A DNA stretch of 64,000 nt, the filler included, from Basidiobolus ranarum (taxonomy: Eukaryota): the NCBI GenBank assembly GCA_040143965.1. It is 26 parts of 26 records of this genome, joined end to end, with 100 filler letters (N's around TTAATTAATTAA, not from the genome) between each part and the next. Parts side by side here need not be neighbours in the genome. Positions count along the whole stretch, not along the records: positions 24,723 to 27,090 come from JASJQH010010292.1; positions 27,191 to 29,556 come from JASJQH010010293.1; positions 29,657 to 32,022 come from JASJQH010010294.1; positions 32,123 to 34,487 come from JASJQH010010295.1; positions 34,588 to 36,951 come from JASJQH010010296.1; positions 37,052 to 39,415 come from JASJQH010010297.1; 20 more parts are not named here. One strand, given 5' to 3'. Below are positions 25,829 through 37,532 of this stretch, one piece after another. Each line of letters starts with the position of its first letter. Position 1 is the stretch's first letter. A program made the translations under genes and the position numbers. The notes under the pieces were generated by a model. That model made no database searches. It saw only the letters and a program-made list of their open reading frames with translations, and was not told the origin of the DNA.

Positions 25829-26564
25829 TTACAGACATGCCATTCTTGGTGCCTTTGGATTACTTCCATATAGTCTTGGAGTATTCTGCCTCAAGACTAG
25901 ACTGTCCATCAGGATTTGCAAGAGTCAGAACCCTCCGATTATGTCCTGGAGAGGTTCCCACTTTACTGATCCTTTTTCTTGCTAGAGAATACTGCTAGGA
26001 GATCCTGAAGTTAGAAAGTTTGCTTTCTTTAAAGAACAAGCTGTGAAGCCCTCCCTTGCCTAGAAGGAATACTTGGTGGACCTTTGGCAGGAATATCTTC
26101 AGAAACATGATCTCTTTATGCTTTATGTTAATACTAGTCTCATTCCACTAATTTCTATTGTTGATAATTCATTTTTGCACTTGTTACTCCCTCCCACTCC
26201 ACTTAATAGTGTCTTAGACCCTACTGACTTAAATTTGTACTCTGCAACATTCATACCAATACTCCAGAGCTTCACCCTTTATTTTAAAAATATATAACAG
26301 TAGTTATGGCTTCTTTGTTTTGTTTGAAATAACAATTTCACCTGTTGGTGACTGGCTCTCCCCATTTCCTGCACTGCTTGCACTGCCACTCTTTCCAGAA
26401 TTATAAGTGCCAGCTTCATTATTGCTGTTACCATGCAATTATCTCCTTAATTACCTTTGTCACTTTTACCATTGCCATTTCCACTACTACCCTTACCAGC
26501 ATCATCTGCACCAGCTCCAGTGCGGCTATTTCCAATGCGATTGTCTCGTCCATATCCAATTAAA

Positions 26565-26825
26565 TGGTCCGATTTTGCACTCTTGCGGAAATAGTGAGAG
26601 GGCTAATAGGTAGGAAGAGTGCCCTAACCCTAAGCACTCTTACCAGAATGGCTTTAACTCTAACCCATTTTGACCAATCAAGTGCTCTGATTTTGCACTC
26701 TTACCGGAAAAGCATCCCGATATTAGCAGTAGGAAAAGTGTGCCTTACTGGAAAGATCATAACCTTAAATCGATTTTGACCAGTCAAATCGTTAAGATTC
26801 TGCACTCTTACGAAAAAGCAACACG
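26565..26825. repeat. Cluster of GCACTCTTRC motifs with direct and inverted copies
   Basis: GCACTCTT at about 26577, 26634, 26695 and 26802, with an inverted AAGAGTGC at about 26615. Direct repeat 26667-26714 vs 26773-26820. Confidence 0.7.
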
Positions 26826-26952
26826 GCCATAAGTGGTAGCTTGTGATTAATATTATTTCAAATATATTTTAATATTAAAGTTATAGAATAATCTGGAGTG
26901 TGTTTTGACTTGATCGATTTCATAGACTTTCAGTAATTGTTAGATATACAGC

Positions 26953-27078
26953 AGTAGCACACCCACAAAAACCGCAGTATGCATGAATTATGGTAGTGAC
27001 ACAAACACATTTACCGCAGCATGTATGAATTCCGCCAGTAGCACAAACACATATACTGCAGCAGGTATGAATCACCGC
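26953..27078. repeat. Minisatellite, three degenerate 42-bp units
   Basis: Units start at 26953, 26995 and 27037. Core AGTAGCACAAACACATWTACCGCAGCATGTATGAAT. Confidence 0.85.
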
Positions 27079-27190
27079 AATAATGGGATTNNNNNNNNNN
27101 NNNNNNNNNNNNNNNNNNNNNNNNNNNNNNNNNNTTAATTAATTAANNNNNNNNNNNNNNNNNNNNNNNNNNNNNNNNNNNNNNNNNNNN

Positions 27191-27704
27191 TCCCTGGTAA
27201 CAAATCCCCAAAGGTCTTTGTCTTCTGTCATCATTTGTATCTTGATCTTTCAAAGGTGAAAGTCTTCACCATCAAACTTCTCTGTGGATGCAAGAATGTT
27301 GGTAATAGTACTGGTAGACATTTCTGTAACAGCTAGCTTAGGGCTCATAGCCTGATAAAAGTGTTTAGGGGATTTGGAAGTGTTTTTGATATGATTTGGA
27401 TTTGTGAACTAGACACTTAAGCATTAGTGAATTGAACAGGTCCTACTTATAGTTTACTATGAAATAGGACTATTGGACTTGCTTAGATCATCAAAAGCAT
27501 GCCTGCTAAGCATGGGTGCAAATTTGAGATGATTTGGAGAAGATTTGAGAAAATAGTGTAAATTGGTAAAAGTGATCTAATTGATATTTCTATCTGTGCG
27601 AGCATTAAACTCATTTTTTTGAATGGCCGAATTGAGTGCTAAACAATCATAATATGAATAAACTAACTACAAAATAATGAGTTGCTATTTATCTAATTTC
27701 AACA
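27191..27704 (-). mobile_element. Copia B 5' LTR (27353-27704), PBS and gag start
   Basis: GGGCTCATAGCC on + at 27341-27352; EKFDGEDFHL gag start on the minus strand. Confidence 0.9.
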
Positions 27705-29556
27705 AGAAATGCTTGGTTAATGCTTCATGCACTAAAAGAGTTTAATAGTCTGGCTAATAAGCCATACCTCAGATGAATATCATTCTTAATTCAGATGAAA
27801 TTTGACAATTTTATTGCTAATTAAATAATAGGATAAAAGCTATGGCAGATCAAATCTCATCCATTAGAGCACCTCTAAATGAAGATGACTTAGTCATGAC
27901 ACTATTTGAGAGCCTGCCAAACAAGTTTGGGAACTTCATGATTGCCCTAGAATCAAGATTAGTGCCAGTAATAGTGGAAAATGTTGTTGCTAGTCTTCAG
28001 AATGAGGAATTAAGGAGATCTAATTTGCAGCAAAATAATGCAGATCAGACCTTTTTTGGAGGCTGTAAAACATCTGACAGGCTTCAATAACAGTTCCCCT
28101 GATATGAAATCAATCATCTGCAAGTATTGCAAGAAACCAGGCCATTTGAACAATGATTGTAGAAAAAGGATTTTTGCTAAACAGCCAAAATTGGATCATG
28201 AGAGTCTAGTATAAACTGACGGAGATCATCAAATGATGTCTGCCCAATTAGTAACTGCTAAGCACAACTCCAAAATATGTTACATTGATTCCTGAGTTTT
28301 CTGGCATTTCCAGAACTAAAAAAATTGAATATCTAATTTGACACCAATCCAGAAAATACAGGTAAGATTAGGAGATGATAGGGCTCTAGATGCAGTTGGT
28401 ATAGGCACAGCTGTGCTCAATTTAGACTAAAATTCAGCTACACCTTCTCCAAATATTGAATGATGTACTCTATGTACAAATATAGCCAAGAATCTGCTGA
28501 AATCAGCATTGCTCAAGCACCTATATGGTCATATATAGCTTAGCACTTAGTTAATTTATAGTTCACTAGGATATTATCCAGAATTATCAACTGGAATTCA
28601 CTTAGAATATTTTTACCAACTTACAAGCTCTCAGATATATGGATTCTTCAAACTTGTGCTAGAAGCCTCAAACTTTGCACACATGTTCCTGCAACCTTCC
28701 TTAACACATTATACATTTTAGTTTGCTTACATCTTGACAAAGCTATCAATGGCAACTCTGTACTCAATAAGTCAATAAGTGAAAACCACCAATTTTCCTA
28801 ATTCTCCAAACTACTTCCAACAGGCTGCCAAACACTTTACCAGGTTATAAGCCCCAAGCTTGCACTCTCTGCAATGTCAGCTTCTCCAACTAATGGAACT
28901 TTTTGCTCTTCTGAAAAATTGGATGGATTTAATAAACAAGTTTGGACAATTGAAATACAAATCCTGCTGCAGGAAAAAGAACTTTGGGACACAGTTGTAG
29001 GAGAAGAAAACCATGAAAAACTGTCTGAAGTGGACAACAATCCTTCAACTTACAGATGAAGGCATGAGAAGACATTAAGGCACTAATTCACAGAGTCATT
29101 ATACTGGTGGATGAAAAGGAATGCATTGAAGTACCAACTACTGATCAAGATATTGTAGCTACAGTCCTGAATAGCCCACCACATAAGTTTCAGAGCCTAG
29201 TTATGGCCCTAGAATCAAGAACTGAAAATTTGAGCTTAAATTCTGTATTTGGCAGACTTGTGGATAAAGATAGATGCAAATCAGAATTCAACCAAAAGAA
29301 TAGAGAAAATGCTTTACTAGGCCATGGGAAACCTTCCTGCGAAGGTCAAAGGCACTTTAGGAAAAAAGTAACACATTCTGTGATTACTATACAAGAACTG
29401 GCCATTTAAGCAAAGATTGCTTTCAGAGAATTGCACAAGAAGAAAAACATACTGAATCTGGAAGTGTGGTTACAACAGAAGATTACTTGTTCATTTCTGC
29501 TCTATCCATGACTATCAACAAGGATTCTCAGACATGATATATTGATTCTGGAGCAT
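27705..29556 (+). mobile_element. Copia B gag remnant interrupted by copia A (LTR 28495-28842, PBS, gag)
   Basis: CKYCKKPGHLNNDC; GGTTATAAGCCC at 28843; EKLDGFN...QEKELWD; IDSGA. Confidence 0.9.
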
Positions 29557-29656
29557 NNNNNNNNNNNNNNNNNNNNNNNNNNNNNNNNNNNNNNNNNNNN
29601 TTAATTAATTAANNNNNNNNNNNNNNNNNNNNNNNNNNNNNNNNNNNNNNNNNNNN

Positions 29657-32022
29657 AAGCAATTTGGGGTTGTTGTGCAGGCTCAACTGTCCAACACATT
29701 TTCTGCTCTGCTAGATTGTCATGGTACCATTCATATGTATGGCATGGGATATATTGAGATCCCATATGAGAATGAACAGAGGGAGCTGCATGTTGCTGTA
29801 GCTCAAGGACAGCATTCTGAACATCTTGTATTATTGTTGAGTAACTCTCTAACTGCTGACTAGTGGCTTCCAAATGATGCATTAATTGCTGTATTGCAGC
29901 ATTTTTGCTGGTCATGGCTTATATAGCAACTTTGTAGATTTTACTTATGATTGCATATAAATCATTATAGAGTTCCACCTGTGATTCCCTTATTGTAATG
30001 ATTCTATCCATGATTTCTATGGAAGGTTTTTATACAGTTAGCAAAGTAGTCATTTTGGAAGTTGAAGGCCTTGATGGTGTTTGTATTGAACTTTGTTCAA
30101 CTGCTGATTTACTACTTAATTGGGATATTAGATTCTCTTCACTTGCATTATTGCTGGAAAAGAGCACATCTAGTAAGTTAGTCAATGCTTCATCATTACT
30201 TGAGTTAATTTCCAGCATGTTAATGACTTCCAAAGTGGATAGTGAATTGCTAGACTGCTCATAAATTAGGTCCTCTGTTCTTGCTTAATTCTTTCCTTTC
30301 ATACTAGCAGGCTTTTTCTTGGAAACCAATTATAATTTGGATTTTGAATGCTTTTCAAATGGCATTGAAATTTCCTGATAGTAGACTTGGTGTTATGAAA
30401 TTGGTTAGAAACAGTTGATAATAAACCAAAATTGCCATCCTTTATCAGAAATGTCTTGTAAATCTGTTGATGTTTCATTTGTGATACCATCTCAGAATCA
30501 GCTGAAAATATTGCTGGGCTATATCTAAAATACTACCATTACATCGGAGATATTCTTTTTTTGACAATATCCCTCTCATCCCACAACACAGTTGTTTAAA
30601 GAAGCACTGCTATTATTGCCACAGATTCTAGTGCTATGAAAGCAGGAGTCTTTGTAGAAAAAATAATCTCAAGCACAGTCAATCTACAAAGCCACTAGCT
30701 ACACAAAACCTGGTGAACATCAACTGTAATAAGTGCCCAAAGTCAACTTTAGTTTGCCCACTGAGTCCACTGGCTGTACTTTGCCTCAAAGTTTTAGTAA
30801 CACTGCCAATAATCAAGATACCATGGAGTTCCCACAGTTGTATGACCACAATGATGTAGATAGAAATGTAATTTTGGTTGAACCTGTAAGTCCATAAAAT
30901 GTTGAGAACTTGCTACTAAATGTTGACCTTGATTATTCCAGTACTAATGGTAGTATGTCAGAAGTTGAAGAAGAAGTCGGCAGTTTTGTTATGGACTCTT
31001 TGTGATCCACAAACATTAGTCCACTACTATATACCAGAACTGAAGAAGAAGATTACAGCTTTGTCATGGACTTTTTGTATTGGCAAGCATCCAGCACCAA
31101 AGTACTCACCATAAAGCTGATGGTATTACTAATATACTTGATTGCTATCACTGCTTAAATCTGAAAAATCAAGGTTTCTTTGAGAACTTGTGCAATCTTG
31201 TATTTGCATTGGTTCTGGATGGTCTCATTAATGAAATATACTGTTGGAAATGCTTGCTGGCTAATAATTTAAATTAACTTAAGTTTTCTCCCTTCCGAAT
31301 GGTCTACAAGTCATAGTATTTTGATACTATCCATCATTTCCGGACCTAAATCACCAGTACTTATAGATAGCTTCTTGGAGCTTTTGATTACAGAATTCAA
31401 ATGGTTATCAAACAGAGTTTATTGAGTGAACTATGCACTATCTTGCTCTAAGATTTGTCAAATCAATGGAGTTTACTCAATCAGGCATACCTATGATTAC
31501 TGTCCAAGTACAAAACTAAAATTGATGCTTTTACCATACAGAGCCCACTCAGATTTCAATATGATCATTAATATCAATTTGCCAAATAGTCAGCCTAACA
31601 TCAAACTTACTATTAGCAATAAGCCCAAGATTATACTGCTAAAGGGGATATGCTGGAGCCAGAGCTTCCCTTTAGGCACAAAGCACTTACTGTTCAACAA
31701 CACTTCAATACTACTTTCTCAGTTATATAGTGGAGAATTAAATATGAATGAGCCATTCAAAACAGGGTCAAAGTTTAAATTGATTGGGAAAATGCTTGAA
31801 AACATCAGGATACCATCATGTTTTAGCAGAACCCCCACTAATATGCACTCATCTAGATGTCTATTCAAATACACACACTGGGAATTTTGGATTTGTGTAT
31901 ATTCAGGTAGAATATTGTCAAGATTTCTGCCAGATATGCATTAATATTGGGGGTTGTTTGTGGATACTGTTAATATGTTCTTAAGGCATCAACTCCCATT
32001 GGCAGATCTCAGGCTGATACAG
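29657..32022 (+). mobile_element. CMC-like transposon centre: 5' part of second gene (-, to ~30490) diverging from transposase (+, from ~30700)
   Basis: Minus ORFs 29601-29915, 30030-30233 and 30299-30490. Plus-strand NLVFALVLDG, GPKSP, CKIC and FKYTHWEFW. Confidence 0.85.
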
Positions 32023-32122
32023 NNNNNNNNNNNNNNNNNNNNNNNNNNNNNNNNNNNNNNNNNNNNTTAATTAATTAANNNNNNNNNNNNNNNNNNNNNN
32101 NNNNNNNNNNNNNNNNNNNNNN

Positions 32123-32674
32123 GGGGATACTGTTATGATTCTGATCTCGGCATACTGATCCACTACAAATAGAACTTCTCTATTGTTAGATTATGATATC
32201 ATATCTGCTGTGCCATCCCTTCTTGGCAATCTGGTGTCAGTTCATCCGGATTACCTTATAGGGAAATCATGATCTTTGCAACATTCCATGAAACCTAAGC
32301 AATCACGTCATCCCATACAGTGTATTTCCACCAAAAGATTCCATGGAAGGTCACCTGATCATCCTTACATCATCCATGCATCATTCCTCTTTGTATTGAT
32401 CCTTGTAGTCCCCAACATCCCAACTTTTGAACTTGCCACAATATATTCCCTATTCATTATATTATGTTTCACCTTGCAATATCTATATAAGCCCCATGTA
32501 TTCCTTGATCAGACCTGAGTCTGATCAACACCAGTTATCAATAAAGATTCTTGCCAAAGTATCTTCCTTGTCCAGTCTTGTCTTGTCTTGTCTTGTGGTC
32601 TACACTCAAGTACTCTCCTTCCTTCTAGCCTCTTGTCATTGTTTCCAGTCCTTGTCCAGTTCCTTATTGTGACA
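32123..32674 (+). mobile_element. Gypsy PPT and 3' LTR-C (32131-32674)
   Basis: GGGGATAC precedes TGTTATGATTCTG; ends TTGTGACA. Confidence 0.9.
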
Positions 32675-34487
32675 CCAATAGCATCTAATGTACAATCATC
32701 TCTCGTGAAAACCTTTCTAATTGTGATTTCTCCATAATCCATCAACCAATGTTTTTCATTTGTGAAATGTTGGGAGGCTCCAAAATCAATATACCACATC
32801 TGAGAATCCTTGATGATAGTCATTGATAGAGCAGATATGAATAAGTGATCTTCTGTTGTAACCACATATCCAGATTCAGTATGTTTTCCTTCTTTTGTAA
32901 TTCTTTGAAAGCAATCTTTGCTTAAATGCCCAGATTTTTACTCTAATCACACAATGTGTTATCTTTCTTCTTAAAGTCCTATTGTCCTTGATAGGAAGGT
33001 TTCCCATACTTTATTAATGCATTTTCTTCATTCTTTTAGTAGGATCCTGATTTGCATAAATCTTCATGCAGAAGTTGACCAAATACATAATTTGAGGTAA
33101 ATTTTTCAGTTCTTGATTCTAGAGCTATTACTAGGCTCTGCAATTTGTGTGGCAGGCTATTTGGGAATTTAACTGTGATATTTTGATCATCGGTAGGTAC
33201 TCTAATGCATTCAATTTCATTGACTAAAATAGTGACTTCATCAATTACCCTAAGAGAAATTTGGGGATTGTTGTTGTAGGACAACAATCACAATTTTAAT
33301 ACATTTTGGATTGCCCATTTACTTAACATCATAAAATTGTCAAGTTATATTTGATTTTAATTTTTTCAGTTTCCGGAGTGAAATTTTGAGTTCTTATAAA
33401 ATAGTTGCACATGATTGGCTACAATCTCAGAGAACTATGGATCAATACCTGTGCAAAAACATCACTCAAATTTCACACATTTACTACTTGAATGCTAATT
33501 GGTCACCTTTGAAATCTCTAGTCTGTTTGATATATTCTTTGGAATCTTTTTATAGAGTTCTTCATACCTAAGGTTTAACTCATATCCCACACATTTTTGT
33601 ATCAATATCTTTATCAAAGCACACCATTGTATTAATGTTACTGAATCAACATTCTTTCTGCTATCTTGCAGATACTCTGTGATATTGTCCCACTCTGTAT
33701 TAAGTTCTTCCTAGATATCTGCTTGGTCAAAACCCAGACTGAGCATTAAGTTGAATGTTCTTCTTCTTAAGCCACTTTCTGCAAACTTGTACTGCATTTT
33801 TCCCTTGATACTTTTGAAAATACTCCTCTAGCACTTTGACCACTTTAATATGTACTTGTAGTGTGACACTACTGAGGGTGCTTTGTGGTGTTTGTGTGGC
33901 TTTTTGCTTGCCACTAAGTTGGGGACTAATGTCAACACCTTGAAAAGTAGCAGTTGAGGTTGTAGAGCCATAAGTTTCATTTGCTGGTAGTTTGGTGCAT
34001 TGCAAGGTGCCAGGTGTTGGATAAACTTCCAAATTTGGCACTCTTCCAACTAGTGTACCTGGTTCTTGTTAAAGTATTTGGGAGCCTGTTGCAAGTGGTT
34101 TGAGAATTAGAGGAATTGGTGGTTCTAACTTATTAATTCATTAAGTAGAAAGTTGATATTTATAGTTTTGTCAAGATGTAAGCAAACTATTGTGTAAGAT
34201 ATGTTAAGGAAGGTCCCAGGAACATGTGTGCCAAGTTTGGGGCTTCTAGCATAAGTACAAATATTCTATATATCTGAGAACCTCTAAGTTTGTAAAAATA
34301 TTTGAAGTAAATTTCATTTGAGTATAATTCATAATACCCTAACAGAAATTTGAGGATTGTTATTGTAGGAAAACCATCACAATTTTAATCCATTTGGGAT
34401 TGACCGTTTACTTACCGTCATAAAATTGTCAAGTTAGATTTGATTTTAATCAATTTTTTCAGTTTCAGGAGTGAAATTTCAAGATCT
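32675..34487 (-). mobile_element. Nest: copia A gag/protease (32675-33247), CMC left end + second gene (33248-34066), LTR-A (34067-34336), CMC left end (34337-34487)
   Basis: WYIDFGASQHFT; two CCCTAA termini; LTR-A end TGTTAAAGTATTTGGG. Confidence 0.88.
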
Positions 34488-34587
34488 NNNNNNNNNNNNN
34501 NNNNNNNNNNNNNNNNNNNNNNNNNNNNNNNTTAATTAATTAANNNNNNNNNNNNNNNNNNNNNNNNNNNNNNNNNNNNNNNNNNNN

Positions 34588-35087
34588 GGCATGAACCAGA
34601 TTAGTTACATTCTAGTAGTCATAGTGGATGGAATCTGACAGATAATGTAACCTAGTGACGATGAATGTTAGAAAACCCGAAGAGTTAGGATTGTCAATCA
34701 TGAGAATCTTACCAACAAAAAACATGGTGACGATGTTGTGAAATTGTTTTCCATCGATACCTAAGTCTTCTTCAATGCCACCGAGACGAGCATTGCCAAT
34801 ATTGCCCTGAATGTACTAGTCAGTGTTGAACGAAAGATACGAAGCAACGGACATATGCTTACTCGAGTCAAGGAAGCAAATAAATACATGATGGAGACAA
34901 AGGGTAAAATGCTACAGAAGAAATATCAGTTATGGGAATGGCTGGGCCGAATAAGAAGATATTCACTTTACAATAGATCTTGCTTCCATACTAATCTACG
35001 CTCCAGTGCCTTCAGCTCGGGATCATCCATGGAAGAAACCACAGTACTGGTTTCGAGATCATCACTTACTACTGATTGAGGATTCAT
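34588..35087 (-). CDS. MFS transporter, anion:cation symporter (Dal5/Tna1-like) family; 5' exons only
   Basis: Spliced translation MNPQSVV...LERRLVWKQDL / ILPFVSIMYLFASLTR / GNIGNARLGGIEEDLGIDGKQFHNIVTMFFV / GYIICQIPSTM with GT-AG introns. TATA-like sequence at about 35121-35130. Confidence 0.88.
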
Positions 35088-36227
35088 GCTAGGGTTGTGA
35101 GCTAAGAGAAATACGCCTTTTATTTATATAGGCTTTGTCCATGTAATTTCTACAAACGCGAAAGCCACCAAGATGTATCGGAATTTGATCTTAGCCATTC
35201 TGCTTCTGAAACACACCAATCACATCTTGACCGATGCTCATTTACTTGACAGATTGAAACCTGGATAAATATTTAAGTGGAGTTCATTGTATGTTGAATA
35301 TTTTTGTCAGCCAGCCTTCTTCATCAGTCAGGAAGTGGTGCTTAGGTGTGAAGCATGAAGTTGGATTCAGCTTATCTTCAGTCCGACTCGTTTCCAGATC
35401 CACCTCTAGCACTATAAATAGTTAGGACCAACTCCAAGGACAGTAGGTCGGTCCAGGTATGCAACAGACCACTTTGACTGCTCCACAAACCGATTTTAAT
35501 GTCGACCCATATTTAGCGCATTCCCGAAATGGTACCATGGCATGTTGGGTTGATAGACCTTTCTCTACCCCTGCTCAAGCTATCAGAGCCTATTAGAGCC
35601 TTGATGCTTATCAAATTCAGCTCCATGACTGTGGAAATTAGGGCCCAGATATAGGATGTAGAGTAAGTTTACTGAAGACAAATGCCAATTAGCATACAGG
35701 TTCATACCAATCTGGGAATATATGGAACATTGTCCAGAAATTCCCAGGCTTCTTACTGCTGATTCTCAATGTTGTGACTGAGATACCGATCAGAAGGGTT
35801 GGCGAATTCTATATGTGGTGGCTTGTACTGTATCTCACGCGCCTATTGGTGGACTACGAATACCTACAAGCACGCTTAGCCCACGTAGAAAATCAACCAG
35901 TATACAGGATGGGCTTTAACTAGGTATTAGTGGAGATAGTTGCTTCTACCAAGGAAATATGTCTGTGCATTCTTCTGGTTTGGAGCACCTCTAGGATCAT
36001 CCACATGGCAACTGTTCAGCATAGCAATACTTGTTTGATAACAACGTTTGCTCCGACTTCAAATATTGTTTTTCACAGGGTCAGTGCAAGATATATAGGG
36101 ATTGAGTACCCCATAACCAACCATTTGATTTTGGATATTTTAGATAGTATATCATTCGGTAAGATGTACTGAAGGTGTAAACGGGAATAATACTAATAAA
36201 ATATTCTGTACAAATGTGAGAAGGTAG

Positions 36228-36436
36228 TGTTAAAGTATTTGGGAGCCTGTGTGTGAAGTTTGGGGCTTCTAGCACAAGTTTGAAAAAATTTATATATCTG
36301 AGAACTTCTAAGTTGGTGCAATATTCTAAGTAAATTCCTCATGAGAATAATGGGTAATATCTTAGTACAATATAAGATAACTAAGTACTAAGCTATATAT
36401 GACTATATAAGTGCTTAGGCAATGCTAATTTCAACA
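36228..36436 (-). mobile_element. Internally deleted solo LTR-A with TSD GGTAG
   Basis: GGTAG at 36223-36227 and 36437-36441; both LTR termini intact. Confidence 0.9.
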
Positions 36437-36736
36437 GGTAGTGATTTCATGGTTCTCATAAATTTCAATATTTCTGAAGTTCTGGAAATAAGTGGACTAT
36501 TGCATTTTGGGAATTCTGCCAGTATTGCTGAAATACTTGAATCAAATACCTATACATTTATATATTCAATACCTATTTATGGAATAGGTTGCTAGTCAAA
36601 ACCCTATATATTGAAATCATGGCAGGAATATTGAGGAATGTGAAAATGCTTGAACTTAATCAAAACTCCTCAAACTTCTATACTACTCCAAGGCTACCTC
36701 TCTATTGTGATTCTTTGTCACTCCTTATGTAGGTAC

Positions 36737-36951
36737 TGTTGGATAATTAATCTTTATTCAACATCATAGTTAACTTTAGTTATGATACATATATCAGAAA
36801 CAGAAAAGCAACGTATCTATAGCCCCTATATTCTAAATAAGAATATCTCTATATCTATATAACAAGTATGTCTTATTACCCCCACTTATCTATTATATCT
36901 TATTACACAAAACTCCTGAATATCTCAAACAATTGATTTACTTTTCTACTA
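36737..36951 (+). mobile_element. LTR-like repeat family E (partial)
   Basis: TGTTGGATAATTAATC start, near-identical at 58995. Full inverted copy at 62292-62555. Confidence 0.75.
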
Positions 36952-37532
36952 NNNNNNNNNNNNNNNNNNNNNNNNNNNNNNNNNNNNNNNNNNNNTTAAT
37001 TAATTAANNNNNNNNNNNNNNNNNNNNNNNNNNNNNNNNNNNNNNNNNNNNTGATTTTTTTTCATATTCGGTATGATGCAATTATGGCATTCCTATTTAC
37101 AATGTTTGAGGACCATCCGACTACTCGTCGTTCAGAAATTAATTCTTTTGTGATTCTTGAAATCACTACCCCCTGCCATCATGCTAGCATAGAGTACCCT
37201 TCCCCAGTCCCCCCGCTAAGATGACCACACCATGTTAAAGGCGGTGAAAATGACAAGTGTGCACTTGGCGTTCTTTGCAATATACTGTGTTGGTTTTTCT
37301 TTATCCCCCTAATTAGAAATACTAGTATCCACTCCCATGCCAAAGACTAGGGCTTAAAAAGCTTTTTCATGTTGACATTGTGCTCATGATTAGTTTTACG
37401 AACTTGACATTTGACAATTCACAACAGGAAAAGTGCAACAATATTCAAATAAACTATACATATAAAAGCTTTTAAGCTTCAATAATAAGAATCTCTTTAT
37501 TTAAATTTGAATAAATTATTCTAATCTAAAGA

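Noticed and set aside
26622-26633. Telomere
   Set aside because: Only two CCCTAA units, internal to the contig.
26953-27078. CRISPR array
   Set aside because: The units are homologous along their whole length with no unique spacers, the context is eukaryotic, and there are no cas genes.
35600-36170. Possible gene upstream of the MFS transporter
   Set aside because: Only short open stretches and no motif I can recognise.
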